Below are positions 62,000 to 64,000 of a stretch of 64,000 nt of DNA, piece by piece; within the stretch, counting starts at the first letter, position 1; every line of letters begins with the position of its first letter. The position numbers and the translations under genes were made by a program. Source of the DNA: Chrysemys picta bellii (taxonomy: Eukaryota); NCBI RefSeq assembly GCF_011386835.1, contig NC_088797.1, forward strand, positions 90,830,001-90,894,000. The letters run 5' to 3'. The notes beneath the pieces are model-generated. The model worked only from the letters and a program-made list of their open reading frames with translations. It made no database searches and had not been told where the DNA came from.

Positions 62000-62118
62000 C
62001 AGGGCCGCCCGGAGGGGGGGGGGGGGGGCAAGTGGGGCAATTTGCCCGGGCCCCGCTGGGGCCCCCACGAGAATATAGTATTGCACCTTTTTTTTTTTTA
62101 ATCGAAGGGGCGGCCCTG
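62000..62118. mobile_element. hAT-type MITE (internally shortened)
   Basis: TIRs CAGGGCCGCC...GGCGGCCCTG with a perfect 8-bp TSD GGGCAAAT. Confidence 0.9.
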
Positions 62119-62814
62119 GGGCAAATTGAGTATCCTCCAGGGCACTGGTACAACTAACGGCACTTTCTACAAATGTTTAGAAACCTAGTTTTATGTCTTG
62201 AGACTTGGCCTGCTGAGCCCATGGGCCCACATGCCTTTAGATCATTACACTCACACATGGTGCTTGCTGATTTTTTTCAGAGTTTGTGTCTCGGGCACTT
62301 CCATAGCTTGTTCAGTGTCCAAAGGTCTGTCCATTATAAGCAGTCGCTCACTGAGAGCTATTCTGCAAAGTGTGGGTGGTGAACAATGTTGCAAAATTTG
62401 CATCTTCATTTCATGATTCAAGTTGGTAAATATGCATGCCAGGGCCAATTAGTGTAATCAGGCATAATAATTGATCAGTGTTTTAACTGTTTCTTGTTTT
62501 ACTTGACTGAGGACAAATGTTTCACATACCACTTTTTCTTTACAAATTGTGTGTGTGTAGGGGAGTTGGGACTGGTGAGGAAAAAAAAGGGCTTTTCCAA
62601 GGGTATCTTCCACTCTGAGTTTTCTGTTAGACAGTGAATCATAAAATGCAATAGGCAGCCTGGAGCAATTAGAAGAGGCCTTCTGTCAGAATGCAGGGGC
62701 TTAGTCAGGTTAAACATCAATAACGCTGCAACCTGCTGGGTAATCTTGAAGAAATAACTTTACCTTTCTCGGTGTGCCTGTTTTTCCCCTCCCATCCTTT
62801 TTCTGTCTCATCTA

Positions 62815-62930
62815 TTTGAATTGTAGGCTTTTTGGAACAGGGACCATCTCTTGCTATGTGGTTGTCAGTGCCTAGTACAATGGGGTCCTGATCTCAGTTG
62901 AGACCTCTAGGAGTTGCTGTGATACAAAAA
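62815..62930 (+). mobile_element. L2/MIR-type 3' tail relic
   Basis: TTGTAGGCTTTTTGGAACAGGGACC...CAGTGCCTAGTACAATGGGG. Confidence 0.55.
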
Positions 62931-63057
62931 AGCAATGATAAAGTTACTGTAAAACTAAGTTTTCCCTTTTCTTCCCTAGTCCTGCACCACAGGAAGCTCC
63001 TATAGACTAGCTGATCCAGTGTATTTGCATGAATAATGCAAAATACTGCTACCAAGA

Positions 63058-63750
63058 CATTGATGAAGAGTGGCACCCACCTCTTGTGAGCACCCGCTGG
63101 TTGCAGTTTTCTATGTTTCTTGGCTTATGGCGCCCCCTGTCAGCCACTGCACTTGTCAGGCAGGTCCTCGGTGACTCAGCCCTCCGGCCGAGTCACTCAC
63201 AGTTCGTGTGCAAACAAAACAACCCCCCTCTGGAGTACATTGTCTCAAAGCCCTCACTAATGTCCTGTAGCCCTTCCCAGCCAGGCTCAGTCCCTTCACA
63301 GTTCAACAGGACCCATCATGGTACCCCTCCATTGGCAACGTCTCTGTAGCCCTCCCTGGGCTCCGGTCCTCAGTCTGACCAACAGGGCCTATCTCAGTAC
63401 CCAAGTTGGCCAGGTTTCATGCAAAGGTTCCTGCTCTGGGATGGAGCAGAACCCCCCAGGGCTTCCTCCCTGGAGGCTCTTTGCCTGCCCTTTAGTCCTC
63501 TGACCCTGGTTCTCTAGCTGGATCAGTCTCAGTTCAGTCCCCTTCTGGGGGATAACAGGTCCATGTACAGTCCCTTCCCTGGGCCTGTCTAAACTCCCTT
63601 CTCTCCGAGCACAGTCACTTCCCCAGTGACTGTTGGAAAGGGGAGCATCCAGGCCCACCCACTACTTTGGGTCCCTGTGCAGGTACCCTCTAAGTAGCAG
63701 CCACGTTGCTTTAACTAATGGCGTTTCCCCTGGGCCACGTCCTCATAGCC
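63058..63750 (-). mobile_element. Gypsy-type LTR-like element, interrupted by a hAT element
   Basis: GGCGCCCCCTG and GGTGACTCAGCCCTCCGGCCGAGTCAC are the reverse complements of motifs in 2093-2695. Confidence 0.5.
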
Positions 63751-64000
63751 CAGGGGTGGGCAAACTACGGTCCACGGGGCCGGATCCGGCCCCTCAGGGC
63801 TTTGGATACGGCCCATGGGATTGCCACTCCTGTGGTGACGCGGGCCTCACACCGCTCCCAGAAGTGGCCGGCACCACGTCCTTCTGGCCCCTGATGGGGG
63901 GGGGGAGGCAAAGGGCTTTGTGCACTGCCTACGCCTCCAGGCACTACCCTCCGCAGCTCCCATTGGCTGGGGACAGGGAACTGTGGCCAATGGGAGCTTT
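63751..64000. mobile_element. hAT element end (runs off the window)
   Basis: CAGGGGTGGGCAAACTACGG...CAGGGCTTTGGAT is the reverse complement of the right end of 47090-47810. Confidence 0.88.

Noticed and set aside
1-64000. CRISPR arrays, operons, rRNA or tRNA genes
   Set aside because: No regularly spaced repeat-spacer array or structural RNA gene was seen. The tRNA-like stretches are SINE heads, and the DNA is eukaryotic.

Overview
This is AT-rich vertebrate nuclear DNA, most likely from a turtle. That call rests on recalled similarity of the repeat families: CR1 LINEs with octamer tails, Penelope-like elements, hAT and Harbinger MITEs, Gypsy-type solo LTRs, and MIR/L2/AmnSINE-like relics. 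There is no intact full-length gene, operon, CRISPR array, rRNA or tRNA gene; the window looks intronic or intergenic. Nearly all ORF-track entries are chance ORFs or transposon fragments. A few possible plus-strand exons (15, 36, 84 nt and two possible terminal exons) could not be assigned to a gene. The most interesting signal is a set of Penelope-type insertions with 11-13 bp target-site duplications (TSDs) that carry minimal type I hammerhead-ribozyme-like motifs. They comprise a 1.57 kb composite with inverted ends and a decayed GIY-YIG ORF, two 220-233 bp non-coding hairpin-plus-tail elements (one nested inside the composite), and a short tail fragment that starts near the predicted self-cleavage site. 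Two perfect 37-38 bp inverted repeats also stand out. All family names come from recalled motifs, not from database searches.
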